Origin: a virus
Lineage: Duplodnaviria > Caudoviricetes
Direction: 5' to 3' (one strand)
Virus record (IMG/VR): IMGVR_UViG_3300034683_000065
Coordinates: 1-58,642 of that record
Length of the DNA: 58,642 nt
Made by a program: the position numbers and the translations under genes. Below are positions 46,573 through 56,871 of the stretch, piece after piece. Each line of letters starts with the position of its first letter. Positions within the stretch are counted from its first letter, which is position 1. The notes below the pieces were generated by a model. The model saw only the letters and a program-made list of their open reading frames with translations, was not told the origin of the DNA and ran no database searches.

Positions 46573-47685
46573 TTACCCCACATATCCAACTGCTTGCTTA
46601 GCTCTGTCATACGCGCGCTTCACAGCCTCTCTAACGTCATCCTTAGCGAGCTTCATCTGCTGAGGCATGTCATTGTGAGACACTTCGAAGTTCCAACTAA
46701 ACCCACCCCAGCCGTCTTTAACTTTACGGCCAGCGCTGATACCTCTACCAACTGCTATGTTTTCCTTAGACAGAGCGTCTTTAAGTTTGGTAGCCATGCC
46801 TTGGTCTTCCATAGCGTTAATCTTCCGCAGTACTCTGTCGCGCTCTCTTTGCGCTACGGAGCCGAGAGAGTTGTAGATGTTGCTGTACCTAGATGCTTTA
46901 GCACCAGAGGCTCCAGAAGAGCCCTGAGCAAACGCATCTTTAAAGCTGTCTTCGTACGTGAACGGAACGTTGATCTTCGTGTACACAGAAGGGTCGCCCT
47001 TCTTTTTACCAAATGCTCCACCAAGACCACCACCAAACAAGCCGCCAAGAAGACCGCCAGCTGCGGTGCCAACACCAGGAAGAATAGCTGTTCCTATGGC
47101 AGCACCACCGGCAGCACCAAGACCAGAGCCAACAGCCGCGTTAGGCTTGTCAGGCCAGAGCATGCTGCCTCCAAGATACCCAAGACCACCAGCTATACCA
47201 GCAGGCCCGAGTATACCAGTAAGCGTGGCGCCACCACCAGACATACCAGCAGCTGCCTCTGCGGCAGCAAGAGAAGCTACGTTACCACCAGCACTACCAG
47301 TAGCAAGTGCGCCTATACCACCACCAAGGTTACCAAAGACGCTTGGCATTGCCCCGACAGCCCAGCTGTTAATGCCTGTCATGAGAGGACTTGTGGCACC
47401 GAAGGCACTACCAAGCCCAGAGGTAGGCAGTATATCAGAAAGCCCTGACGTAACGCTATCTGGGAGCAGTGAGTATATATCCTTAGCAGCACTACCAATG
47501 TCCATCAGACTAGCACCAGCAGGCTGTTGAGCTTGCTGCATTTGCTGCATAGCCATCTGCTGCGCAGCAGCTTGATATTGCGGAGTCATGCTACTAAATA
47601 TGTAGTCGTACATGTTACCACTAGCACTACTGGGAAATGTAGAGTATCCAGTATTGTACTGCGGAGTAAAAGCAAAGCTTTCCAT
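46573..47685 (-). CDS. Gly-rich DNA ejection/pilot-like protein
   Basis: Glycine zipper GAAGGAAIGTAILPGVGTAAGGLLGG. Confidence 0.7.
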   Translation of the reverse strand: MESFAFTPQYNTGYSTFPSSASGNMYDYIFSSMTPQYQAAAQQMAMQQMQQAQQPAGASLMDIGSAAKDIYSLLPDSVTSGLSDILPTSGLGSAFGATSPLMTGINSWAVGAMPSVFGNLGGGIGALATGSAGGNVASLAAAEAAAGMSGGGATLTGILGPAGIAGGLGYLGGSMLWPDKPNAAVGSGLGAAGGAAIGTAILPGVGTAAGGLLGGLFGGGLGGAFGKKKGDPSVYTKINVPFTYEDSFKDAFAQGSSGASGAKASRYSNIYNSLGSVAQRERDRVLRKINAMEDQGMATKLKDALSKENIAVGRGISAGRKVKDGWGGFSWNFEVSHNDMPQQMKLAKDDVREAVKRAYDRAKQAVGYVG

Positions 47686-47687
47686 AT

Positions 47688-47846
47688 TTAACTTACCTTA
47701 GCCTCTAACTTAGAAAGTCTTTCGTCTATATTAGATAATACTTTATTAAGCTTAGTAAAGGCTATATTAAGTTGAGTTAAATATTCTACTAGCATTCTAT
47801 CTTGAACTGAAGTAGGAATATTTAAAAGTTTAAGATTATAATCCAT
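47688..47846 (-). CDS. Small coiled-coil protein (52 aa, absent from the ORF track)
   Basis: MDYNLKLLNIPTSVQDRML...ERLSKLEAKVS exactly fills the gap. Confidence 0.6.
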   Translation of the reverse strand: MDYNLKLLNIPTSVQDRMLVEYLTQLNIAFTKLNKVLSNIDERLSKLEAKVS

Positions 47847-47874
47847 AACTTCTCTCTATTTATATATATATATA

Positions 47875-49710
47875 TTAGTATAGTTCACCCATACTACTTG
47901 CTAGTTGTATTCTAGAGATATATCTATTAGATATAACCTCTACTTCGTGACTGTCTCCACGAAAACCAGAGGGTAGTCTAAAGGGTTTACTATTAGTAAT
48001 TACTTTACTAAACTTAAGATCTTTATCTACGTAGTAATTAAAAGCACAAGTACTTTTTTTATACATAGTACTAAAGATATCTGTATTATCACCATTCATT
48101 GGGTATTGATTTACTTGTACACCATTAAATGCTGTAGATACAGTCGTCACAGAAGTATCTAGAATATCCAATACTGGGTCACTAAAGTCAACCTTAGCCG
48201 CACTTAGTGTAGAAATACCCTCGTCATTAGTAAACAGCTTAGACTTCCAAGTGTAGAACCTAGACTGCGCATACCCAGAGTCAAACTTCCAGATCGTAGG
48301 TTTTGCTTGGTTGTCAAAGTATACAAGGTACAGTGCGTCTTCTTCGTCGTCGATGAATGAACACGCACTAGACATAGAGAGTTCTACGGTACCTTGTCCT
48401 GTGTTAAAGATGTCGAGCAGTATGCCACCGCTCTTAAGAGGCGTGTTGTAAAAAGAAATGTACGCACCTCTGTAGAAGTAGCTTCGCATCGACTCTGGTG
48501 CATAGTCTTTCCACTCATCTTTAGTAATGATAGTCTGTGTAGCCAGCACAGGCGCAGTAGTGTCAATAGCCACAACACCATTTACACTAGCGTACAGAAC
48601 GCTACCATTTACGGAGACAATACTTCTTTTACTCAGGCACGGTGCGTGCTCATGGATAGGCCTGGCAACTACAGAGTCTGGGGCCTGTAGCGTGAGTATG
48701 TACGGGCGAGCCACTGTGCACACGACGAGGTTAGAACCAAAAGCTCCAAGCCCAACGATATCGTCATCTACAGTAACTGCGTACACAGAAGGCCAAGCAT
48801 GTACCTGATAAGGTTCGCTGAAGTATACAGTCCTACCTTTAAATCCAGCCAGTACCCCAGGTATCACGTTAACTATACCTGTGAGTCCAGACACCGGAGC
48901 ACTCCACGGCATCGACGTAAGAGTCTCCCCGAGCTTCTCTGTTTTTACAGAGTCCACCACGGTGAATGAGCTTGATGGTGCGTCGTAAGTCACACCACTA
49001 GGAAGACTGGTACCATCTACACTAAACTCTACAACGTACCTGTACCCAGTGTCACCCTTAGATGTCGTTGCGGATCTCCACAGGACAATACTAGTAATCT
49101 TAGAATCAAGATTAGTAGGCTTCTTAATTCCAGATATAGTTACGTTAGTAGTACTCTTTACATCCACGACAACTGTTCCGTCAGCACGCTTCGCAGGATC
49201 ACCAATCGTACCAACGTCTCGTTTACCATCTGGCCACGTACGAACGTAAGATATAGCGTACGTTCTAGACTCTACAACGTCAGTAGTGTCAGATGCAGTA
49301 CCAAGTGTTGGTGCTACAGCAGGACGCTCAATACCAAGAACTACTGTGTCTGCCACAGTGATAGTATCTTTCGTCGACAGTAGCGTGTTCGAGTCGAATG
49401 CCCTAAGCTGATCATCCAACCCAGATATTATTACACGTCTGGTCAAGTTATCAGCAATGGGACTTTCTACGAAGTCAACATCTTTGTCGAATGTCAACCA
49501 CTGCTCAGCACCACCCTGTCGCTTGTACAAGTAAAGTTCAGTTGGGAGTGTGTTTCTACTCAGACTCTTTATCAACAAGTCTTGATTCAGAGGTCTGAGT
49601 TCTCCGCTCCACAACTTTGTGTCAAGTGCTTTTTGAGCGACGTTACTAGCCAGCAAGTGTGGCGCTGTGCGCGGAGAAATACCTTTAAAATTGTTAAGCG
49701 CTATGTTCAT
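47875..49710 (-). CDS. Tail nozzle/stabilisation protein (P22 gp10 / T7 gp12-like role)
   Basis: Beta-propeller-like YFSEPY..HAWP, CLSKRSIV, YTWKSK, PFRLPSG. Confidence 0.75.
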   Translation of the reverse strand: MNIALNNFKGISPRTAPHLLASNVAQKALDTKLWSGELRPLNQDLLIKSLSRNTLPTELYLYKRQGGAEQWLTFDKDVDFVESPIADNLTRRVIISGLDDQLRAFDSNTLLSTKDTITVADTVVLGIERPAVAPTLGTASDTTDVVESRTYAISYVRTWPDGKRDVGTIGDPAKRADGTVVVDVKSTTNVTISGIKKPTNLDSKITSIVLWRSATTSKGDTGYRYVVEFSVDGTSLPSGVTYDAPSSSFTVVDSVKTEKLGETLTSMPWSAPVSGLTGIVNVIPGVLAGFKGRTVYFSEPYQVHAWPSVYAVTVDDDIVGLGAFGSNLVVCTVARPYILTLQAPDSVVARPIHEHAPCLSKRSIVSVNGSVLYASVNGVVAIDTTAPVLATQTIITKDEWKDYAPESMRSYFYRGAYISFYNTPLKSGGILLDIFNTGQGTVELSMSSACSFIDDEEDALYLVYFDNQAKPTIWKFDSGYAQSRFYTWKSKLFTNDEGISTLSAAKVDFSDPVLDILDTSVTTVSTAFNGVQVNQYPMNGDNTDIFSTMYKKSTCAFNYYVDKDLKFSKVITNSKPFRLPSGFRGDSHEVEVISNRYISRIQLASSMGELY

Positions 49711-49732
49711 TACGCCACCAAAACGTTAATGG

Positions 49733-50158
49733 TTATACAAGTGTGGCTAGCTCTGTCCTAAGTGCGGCAGCCCTAGATTCTAGCTCACTAAGTATCCGCT
49801 CGTCCTCTGCCGTTGCCGTACCTGCGAGCTTGGCGCGCACGGGCCGCACCGATTGCAGGTCTACGGCGTCGAGTTCGCGCAGGATGTCTGCGCGGCGGGT
49901 GGTGACAGGGTCTGGTGGCGGTGTGGCATCCGCTGCCTCACGCGCGACCTCCCACGCTGCGTAGAGTGGGGCGACATGGGTTGTATAACCAGCGAGATCG
50001 AGCACCTCATTAGGCTCGCCATGCCGCTCTACCTCTCCGGTTTGTCCATCCCACTGGATGGCGTGGACACCTTGCGCAAGGCCAGAACAGTCTACGTGCA
50101 GCCCACGCCCGTCCACGATGACGAGGCTGTCGGCTGGAACGATGGTCACTCTAGGCAT
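49733..50158 (-). CDS. Tail fibre assembly-like protein
   Basis: VHAIQWDG..GEVE; C-terminal ELDAVD..SVRP.RA; RBS GGAGG. Confidence 0.65.
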   Translation of the reverse strand: MPRVTIVPADSLVIVDGRGLHVDCSGLAQGVHAIQWDGQTGEVERHGEPNEVLDLAGYTTHVAPLYAAWEVAREAADATPPPDPVTTRRADILRELDAVDLQSVRPVRAKLAGTATAEDERILSELESRAAALRTELATLV

Positions 50159-50489
50159 GTGATACCTCCTGTATATCAATGATGTGTGGATGCGCGGTCG
50201 CGCCAACTGCGTTGCCAGCGCCAAGGGCAGCGAGGGTGATAGCCCGTGACGCCTCTGCCGCGCACACCATCTCGTTGCGCAGCGATTCGGTAGCCGCCGC
50301 GCCCTGCCGCACCTGCTGTGCGTTCTCGATGAGCAACACGGGCAGCCACGCCAGCGAGCATCCCCACTCGTCGACGTCCGCCCCGGTTTGCGGGTGCGTG
50401 CCGCGCAACTGTGTGAACAGGGCGCAGTCCAGCTGTCTGCATTCAGCGAAGCCCGCGAAGGGACACAGGGTCTTGTGTTGTATTTGCAT
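50151..50489 (-). CDS. Cys-rich tail-fibre-associated hypothetical protein
   Basis: MQIQHKTLCP..EC...C...DEWGC..AWLP.LLIEN; ATG three nt after the fibre stop. Confidence 0.7.
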   Translation of the reverse strand: MQIQHKTLCPFAGFAECRQLDCALFTQLRGTHPQTGADVDEWGCSLAWLPVLLIENAQQVRQGAAATESLRNEMVCAAEASRAITLAALGAGNAVGATAHPHIIDIQEVSHA

Positions 50490-50491
50490 AA

Positions 50492-51403
50492 CTAATCCTT
50501 TCTTGCGATGATGATGTCGACGTATGCAAGGCGCAGGTCGAGTCCGTGGGCGTGGCTGCCGGAACCGCCCATGGCACTGGTGGCGAATCCTCGCCATGTG
50601 GAACCGCTTTCGAAGTACAACAACGAACTGTTGCCTCCGCCTTCTTGCGTCCAGTATTCCACACTGTGCGCGTGGTTCGGCATCTGCGCCACCGTCAGCG
50701 TCGTACCATCGGTCGCCGTGCGGGCGAACACCGTCGAGAACGCCACGCTGCCTCCGCTGCCCACCGCCCCGGAAACCACGCGCAGCGCCTTGTCGTTGAC
50801 GGTCGTGTCCTTCGTCCAGCCCGTGGGGGCCGTCGTCTGCTGAAACAGCATCCGCGTACCGGAGGGGAAAGGCGCGACATTCAGTTGCGAAGAAAGCGCG
50901 GCAAGGCTCGTCACGCCCGTGCCGCCCTTGTCGACTGGAAGAACAGACCCGGCGGCAAGCGTTGTGGCCGTGGCTGCATTGCCCGTGCAAGTACCTGCTG
51001 TTACAGCAAACGCAACGTTAGCGCTGCTAACAGTTGCAGGAGAGATAGCTTTGGTAGTTTCTACACCAGCAGCAACTTCTGCGTCAGAAGCGTAAGTAAC
51101 GTTAAGCACTTCGTTAAGAGCGCCGGCAGTAAGTCTATTTTCAACAAGACTGTTAGCGTTGAACGCTCGCGCAGTAGTTCCCTCTTGGGCACGTACTATA
51201 GTGAATACGTCAGCGTTGCGAGATGTTACTTTAACGATTTCTTTATTCCCAAGATCATCCACAAGTGTACAAAGAAAGTATTCGTTAGCGCCAGGAGCTG
51301 GGAACAAGTTACCGGTTTCTGCGAGCACAGTCATGCTAGTTGCAGCTGCCGTAATACCAGATGCAAGCTTTGTGCTTGCGTTATTTTTAAAAAGTATAGC
51401 CAT
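50492..51403 (-). CDS. Tail fibre protein
   Basis: N-terminal F.NNA...L...EIVKVT..TIVRAQEGT; C-terminal FPSGTRMLFQQTTAPTGWTK, TLTVAQMPNHAH. Confidence 0.85.
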   Translation of the reverse strand: MAILFKNNASTKLASGITAAATSMTVLAETGNLFPAPGANEYFLCTLVDDLGNKEIVKVTSRNADVFTIVRAQEGTTARAFNANSLVENRLTAGALNEVLNVTYASDAEVAAGVETTKAISPATVSSANVAFAVTAGTCTGNAATATTLAAGSVLPVDKGGTGVTSLAALSSQLNVAPFPSGTRMLFQQTTAPTGWTKDTTVNDKALRVVSGAVGSGGSVAFSTVFARTATDGTTLTVAQMPNHAHSVEYWTQEGGGNSSLLYFESGSTWRGFATSAMGGSGSHAHGLDLRLAYVDIIIARKD

Positions 51404-51408
51404 ACTTG

Positions 51409-52167
51409 TTAAAACCCATCGTAAAGATATTTGTTTCTAGTAACAACTATGTCACCAGAAGGTTTACTTGTAGGTACAAGTGCTAGTGTGTTTGGCACTA
51501 TAGGCGCAACAGGCACAAGTACAACACCAGAAGGTTTATTTGTTGGTGTAAGTACTAGCATGTTAAACACTGGGGGTGTAATAGGCACGAGCACAGTACC
51601 AGAAGCCTTGTCTTGAGGAACTATCTCTGTCTTGATAGCCCCATTTCTTAACACTATGAACTGATCTGTCTGTCCAGTAACCACAACAGTGCTGTTAGAT
51701 ACAGCGTTCGTGTACCTATTAGCAGTAGAGGAGCTGTCAGAAGTTACTACAGCACTAGTGGGAGTAAGTGTTACAGTACTCAAAAGCTGAGGCGCAGTGC
51801 TACTTACAGACACAGAAGCTACAGCAGAGACTGCTCGAAGCCCTATGCTCTTAGCAGTTGCGCTGACAACGCACGAGGCTACTGACGTAAAACCACGTAT
51901 CCTTTTTGCAGACGCACTACTGCTGACACTGCACAGACTTGATCCAGAGACTAGCCTAATGCGCTGTATCCACACTGTACTGTTGGCTTTTATTTGCGCA
52001 ACTGCACTAGCAAACCCTCGTACACGTACTGGCATACTGGAGGATGAACTGGTGTTTACAGAGCAAGAAGACGTAGTCGTTACAAAGTTAGTGTAAAGAA
52101 CAGAGCGAAAGTTTAGAGTTTCAGAACCTAAAGGCAAATACGGTTGTACTGTAGACGTTGCTCCCAT
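51409..52167 (-). CDS. Ser/Thr/Val-rich structural (fibre-like) protein
   Basis: Repetitive beta-strand composition; late operon. Confidence 0.6.
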   Translation of the reverse strand: MGATSTVQPYLPLGSETLNFRSVLYTNFVTTTSSCSVNTSSSSSMPVRVRGFASAVAQIKANSTVWIQRIRLVSGSSLCSVSSSASAKRIRGFTSVASCVVSATAKSIGLRAVSAVASVSVSSTAPQLLSTVTLTPTSAVVTSDSSSTANRYTNAVSNSTVVVTGQTDQFIVLRNGAIKTEIVPQDKASGTVLVPITPPVFNMLVLTPTNKPSGVVLVPVAPIVPNTLALVPTSKPSGDIVVTRNKYLYDGF

Positions 52168-52189
52168 TATTGCCTCACACTAATAACTG

Positions 52190-52591
52190 CTATTCAAAGC
52201 TTATGACATTAGCGTTAGCATTAATGCGCACAGCGTCGCCAGCCATTATGTCACGAGCAGTGTCAAAGGGAGCCCAAATCAGCACGTTACCAGCAGTAGC
52301 TGCGTCACACAGAGCCATGTGCGTGATGGTTCCCCAGTTTACAGTGGCTGCAGGAAACTCAATGTGTGCTGCGTTAGAAGAACTTCCACCAGCTGCTGCT
52401 GTGTAGCCACCGAAGTCTGCCACTTTTACTCTGGTGTAGCCACCACCAGTTACTTCACCAGTGGGAGCATTCTCTTCAAGCCCTGTGCCACTCGTATACA
52501 GAGCCACGTAAAGCGTAGGCGGAGTGTACACAGCACCACGAAGTACGTGATCGAGCAGCTTATTTTCAAGGTAATTAGTTGCGTTGTTCAT
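52190..52591 (-). CDS. Tail-fibre-associated structural protein
   Basis: YLENKLLDH..LYVALYT..EVTGGGYTR..FP.AT..WGTITH..DAAT.GN. Confidence 0.75.
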   Translation of the reverse strand: MNNATNYLENKLLDHVLRGAVYTPPTLYVALYTSGTGLEENAPTGEVTGGGYTRVKVADFGGYTAAAGGSSSNAAHIEFPAATVNWGTITHMALCDAATAGNVLIWAPFDTARDIMAGDAVRINANANVISFE

Positions 52592-52596
52592 AGATG

Positions 52597-53241
52597 TTAG
52601 TAGTCTCCAAAGCGTCTAGGAACTACTATCTTAGTAGATCTTTGACGAGACTTGGCAGCCTTACCCTTCGCAAGTGAAGCGCCTGCCCTAAAAAGTTTAT
52701 TGTGAAATGCTGACAGAGTAGGCTCAGCCCACACTTTACCAACCATAGCGTGCAGCCTGTAAAGAGCACCGCTTGCGATTACCTCAGCCCAGTCTTCAAG
52801 CAGAAAGTCAGGACATTCAACAGCATCTCTCGTAGGCTTAAGTGCTACGTGTACCTCAAGGCTAGCAGGGATGTCCTCAAGCGGCTTACCCACCAACCTA
52901 ATTGTGTCTTCGCCATCCATGAAATACGCAGTAGGCTTAGCAGCCGCGTAGGTACGCCATGATGGGTACAGATCATCTAGGTCTTGCAGGTTAGTCTGCA
53001 AAAGAATCTCGTCGTTGATAGACGCGAACGTTGGTTGCACAACCCTAGCACCTGCAGGGGGAGCAAATCCGTATCGCGCTTCACCAGCAACAATGTCTGT
53101 CTTAGCGCTTTTCTGCTGCCACAGAAGAGACTTCTCGCAGAACTCGATACACGCACTACGGATAGCGCTGTTAACTATGCCAACAGGACATCCTTGCACG
53201 TTAGGCAAAACGAACTCATGAAAATCTTTCCAAGTTGCCAT
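52597..53241 (-). CDS. Head-tail adaptor protein
   Basis: P.V.GCP....AIR.A.IEFC; LKPTR; IA.GAL.RL. Confidence 0.7.
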   Translation of the reverse strand: MATWKDFHEFVLPNVQGCPVGIVNSAIRSACIEFCEKSLLWQQKSAKTDIVAGEARYGFAPPAGARVVQPTFASINDEILLQTNLQDLDDLYPSWRTYAAAKPTAYFMDGEDTIRLVGKPLEDIPASLEVHVALKPTRDAVECPDFLLEDWAEVIASGALYRLHAMVGKVWAEPTLSAFHNKLFRAGASLAKGKAAKSRQRSTKIVVPRRFGDY

Positions 53242-53244
53242 GTG

Positions 53245-53967
53245 TTACACAGCTCCTGTAGGTGCAGGCGCAGCTGTGGGAGGTACTGCTTCGATGCGCG
53301 GAATGACGTACAGCATAGACTTGTACTCCAACCCGAGCGCTTGGTAGAACGAAGCTTCGTATCTCTGTGCCACCTGCCTGTCTATTTGACTTGTGCTGTC
53401 TGTGCTGTAAAGCAAGTACAGCATATAGCTGATCAGCGGGCCTTTAAAGATGTCGCTTATTGGGATGTCCATTTCAAGAACTACTTCAAACGCATCCGAC
53501 ATCTTAGCGTATTCGACTACTCCGTGTGAGTAATCCATCTCTACGTAGATGTTTGGAGTGGCAGTAACTGGAGGATTCACCCAGAATGTGCGTGGAGAAC
53601 GCGTGTCGTACGCAAACTCAGTCACCTCTGTAGTTCCACCGACAGGTGCGTGCCAGTTATTGAAGTAGTCAAGATCTTTTCGCTCTACCTGAAATATAGG
53701 GTTACCATACCCAAGTATTGTTACACCATCCGGCGTGTTAACATTCGCATAAATCTGGATGAGTGAATATCCATCTTGAGGTATCTCTTGCCTAGTCCCA
53801 GGCTTAAGCTTAACAACAGAGGTTTTGACGTTGGCGTCAGGCCTAGACAAAATCAGCTGGTTAATTGCGTCATCTAAAAACTTCAAGTACTCTTGCTTTG
53901 TAATTCTAACGTAGCCAGAATCGTTGTAGAGAGTAGTTACCCGCTCGAGTATATCTTTTACTTTCAT
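53245..53967 (-). CDS. Head-tail adaptor-like protein
   Basis: RPDA...L.PGTRQ.IP.DG; FWVNPP. Confidence 0.7.
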   Translation of the reverse strand: MKVKDILERVTTLYNDSGYVRITKQEYLKFLDDAINQLILSRPDANVKTSVVKLKPGTRQEIPQDGYSLIQIYANVNTPDGVTILGYGNPIFQVERKDLDYFNNWHAPVGGTTEVTEFAYDTRSPRTFWVNPPVTATPNIYVEMDYSHGVVEYAKMSDAFEVVLEMDIPISDIFKGPLISYMLYLLYSTDSTSQIDRQVAQRYEASFYQALGLEYKSMLYVIPRIEAVPPTAAPAPTGAV

Positions 53968-53968
53968 G

Positions 53969-55792
53969 TTAAGAAAAACTCCAAGCGTTTATTGTAAACT
54001 TAGTCACACCAAATGGTGCAGTAGACCACGAAGTGTGCACTTGTTGCTGTGGCTGAACTGGAGTAGTCATCACAGCTATTGCGCCTATGTCAACACCAGC
54101 TTCTCCAGCACTCTTAAGAGCCTGGTTCTGCGGCGCAAACCCAGACTTTACCCAAGAAACCAACTCAGTGATAGACGCACCAGATGGCGTGTTACTTTGA
54201 GTCTTGGTAGCTGGGTCATATCCATTGATCGCGAGAAGCTTAGCTGTAGCAGCATTCACTTTCTCGTCTTCTGTCTGCCCCTCAGACGCCCAACCCTTAA
54301 GCACTGCGAACGTAGCCAAACGTCGAGACTTATCAGCAAACTGTGGGTCAGTAGCTGCGGCGCCAACTTTGTCGTTCGGACCTTCTTGTTCAAAAGCCCT
54401 GCCAACTACAGTGACATCCTTGTATGGCTGCGTCACATTTCCGAACCAGTTGTAGTCCGAGTACGACACCGTCTCTGTAGTGGACGCTGCGTTATCGTGT
54501 ACTCCGTAGTTAAGCGGAACGTCGCCCCAGATCAGGTTGGAACTGATGTGGTCAGTACCAAGGTAACCTTCTACGGTGTACTCGTACAGCATAAGCGCTT
54601 GTACGATGTTTGGTGTTGCGTTTCGTGCACGACAGTAAATTGTGTTCTGAGAAACAAGCAATCCTTGAGGAGACGTACCTGCACCAGCTGCACCAACAAG
54701 GTTGTTGCCGTAACCGATTAGCATGTTCTTTGTTACTTCGAGCGCCGGGGTTCCGTAGATAACCAAGTTACCTGTGTCGTCCCACCCAGGGTTATTGATG
54801 TCGAGATAATCAAAGATGTTGCCAGTAATGTAAGTAGTCTCAGTAGGCGTTCCAGACCCTGCTGCGTTCACACCGTGTGTATTTTCAAGGTTGGTGTGCA
54901 CGTAGCAATCCTGCATCCGTCCAGCCTTAACGCTAGATGTAGCGCCAAAAGCTGCAAAAGAATCTCCACGCGACGAGCGCACAGTGTACTGACGGAAGAA
55001 ACAGTCTAGCAAATCGTGACCACCACCTTGCCCGTGAGGAGTTGCTATACCCCACGTAGCGGAGTCGAACACAGACAGCTTGAAGTCTATACCTGGGCGG
55101 CCAATGACGTTGACGTTAGTCTTTCCAGAAGACTTCGATATGGTTACCGATTCCCACACTGTTTGTCCAGTGATAGTACCGTTGTATCCAGAAATCGTTA
55201 TGTTCCCAGTATCTCTAAAGTCTACGTTTCGGAAGATCATATCCGACGCAGCCTGCGCTGGATAACCAGAGCGTCCAAACGCTATAGTTCCACACCCAAC
55301 AAATACAGTGTTCGTGAGGTCTAGGGCTGGTGTTACTACTGCTCCAGTAGTATTACCTGACCCCAGAGTGACAGCACCGGTAGTTTGGAATGAAACGTAA
55401 CGCGGAACGATGCGTTGCTTTGGGTCAGAAAGAACAGAGCCACGAGTTATGGCCCCTGTTCCTGTTACCTTAGCCCACTGACCACTTGTGGCTGTTGACA
55501 AAAAGTAACAGTTGTTAAGCGTAAGACCACCAGAACCTATCACAAGCTCAGCACCAGGACCAAGGGTAAGTGTGCCGTCCTTAGCTGTGCCGTTACCTAT
55601 AGCCAGGTTGTATGTGCTTTGGTCAAGCTTTCCATTTACAGTCAGCGTTTTTTCAACAACGAAAGCAGCACCCAGAGTTACTGTGTGCCCAGAGGATATA
55701 GTGATGTCATCTGCTGATGCAGGAATAACACCACCAACCCACGTTGCTGTTGCTGACCAGCTGCCTGATTGGGCACTTGTTATAGTAGCCAT
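53969..55792 (-). CDS. Beta-helix spike/fibre protein with G8-like N-terminus
   Basis: SGSWSATATWVGGVIP..DD.TI..GHTVT; Asn-ladder repeats; C-terminal DIGAI. Confidence 0.65.
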   Translation of the reverse strand: MATITSAQSGSWSATATWVGGVIPASADDITISSGHTVTLGAAFVVEKTLTVNGKLDQSTYNLAIGNGTAKDGTLTLGPGAELVIGSGGLTLNNCYFLSTATSGQWAKVTGTGAITRGSVLSDPKQRIVPRYVSFQTTGAVTLGSGNTTGAVVTPALDLTNTVFVGCGTIAFGRSGYPAQAASDMIFRNVDFRDTGNITISGYNGTITGQTVWESVTISKSSGKTNVNVIGRPGIDFKLSVFDSATWGIATPHGQGGGHDLLDCFFRQYTVRSSRGDSFAAFGATSSVKAGRMQDCYVHTNLENTHGVNAAGSGTPTETTYITGNIFDYLDINNPGWDDTGNLVIYGTPALEVTKNMLIGYGNNLVGAAGAGTSPQGLLVSQNTIYCRARNATPNIVQALMLYEYTVEGYLGTDHISSNLIWGDVPLNYGVHDNAASTTETVSYSDYNWFGNVTQPYKDVTVVGRAFEQEGPNDKVGAAATDPQFADKSRRLATFAVLKGWASEGQTEDEKVNAATAKLLAINGYDPATKTQSNTPSGASITELVSWVKSGFAPQNQALKSAGEAGVDIGAIAVMTTPVQPQQQVHTSWSTAPFGVTKFTINAWSFS

Positions 55793-56070
55793 TAGTCCTC
55801 TCCAAGTACTATAGTCTTAGTGCGCATAGAGCCGGCACGTGTAACGCGCTCTATCTCCACAGTAGTGATACCTTCTTCTTGCAAAGTCTCTAAGACCTCT
55901 CGTCTGTACGGACCCCATTCACCAGCAGCTGCACCGATGTACACCTTATCGTCGCCGATGCGTTGTACGTGGGCAGACATGGTGTACGGATCTCCGTACT
56001 GTTCGTGATCGGGCCCACACCTAAGCGTGTAAGCAGTGGGTGTGAGTGACACTCTTCTAGACTTAGACAT
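55792..56070 (-). CDS. Hypothetical protein
   Basis: Coupled to neighbouring late genes. Confidence 0.6.
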   Translation of the reverse strand: MSKSRRVSLTPTAYTLRCGPDHEQYGDPYTMSAHVQRIGDDKVYIGAAAGEWGPYRREVLETLQEEGITTVEIERVTRAGSMRTKTIVLGED

Positions 56071-56078
56071 CTTAAAAC

Positions 56079-56426
56079 CTACAACAAAGAAACAGACACG
56101 AGGGCAACAACTGAACTGGTGTTAGATACGTCAGTGATGCGGAGTGCCATGTCAGGAGAGGCTACTGGAGAAAACGTGTACAGTTTTACACCAGTTCCAG
56201 ATGCTGCCACAATAGGATCAGCACCTTCAACAGTAGAAAACGGAAGTTTCCCAGAGTTGCGAGCCACAAGTTCAATCTTCACAGAGCCGCTAGTGACATC
56301 AATCTGGAGCGTACCAGCTCCGTGCAGAGAATCACCAGAATTAAAGAAGTTCACATCCGAAAGGTCAAAGATCTTGGACTGCCCAGCAGTAAAAGATTCG
56401 CCAGCAGCCACAGTAATATTGAACAT
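56079..56426 (-). CDS. Small beta-rich structural protein (possible decoration protein)
   Basis: RBS GGAG; late operon. Confidence 0.6.
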   Translation of the reverse strand: MFNITVAAGESFTAGQSKIFDLSDVNFFNSGDSLHGAGTLQIDVTSGSVKIELVARNSGKLPFSTVEGADPIVAASGTGVKLYTFSPVASPDMALRITDVSNTSSVVALVSVSLL

Positions 56427-56451
56427 AGGTACTCCAGAAAAGGTGTAATTA

Positions 56452-56871
56452 TTATTTATCTTCGTCTACGTAGCCAAGGAACGTGTACGGGTAGATGTTG
56501 ATGCGACGTTCTTTGATATCAGTAGAACCGTCCTTACCAGGCACGAATGCGTAGTCTACAACCTGAGCAAGGTCGATACAGCCACGCAGATACTTTTCTT
56601 CGAGCACTACTTCTTCTTCGTAGGGAGCCTGGAACGAACGCTCATTCAGAGAAATGAACACGTAGTTCGGGTTAGCGTTCGGGTTGTTGGATCTGTGGAA
56701 GATAACCTTGCACTTACGCGCGTCGTTAATTTCATTCTTCTCAGACTTCCTAAGCGCCTCAATAGCAGCCCCACGAATAAGGTTGCCTTCGCCAGACATA
56801 GGCACTTCGAGGTTACGCTTTTCCAGTTCCTTGATCAGCGATTCGTCAGAACCCTTAAGATTGATAGCCAT
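56452..56871 (-). CDS. Hypothetical protein downstream of MCP
   Basis: 139 aa with codon bias. Confidence 0.7.
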   Translation of the reverse strand: MAINLKGSDESLIKELEKRNLEVPMSGEGNLIRGAAIEALRKSEKNEINDARKCKVIFHRSNNPNANPNYVFISLNERSFQAPYEEEVVLEEKYLRGCIDLAQVVDYAFVPGKDGSTDIKERRINIYPYTFLGYVDEDK

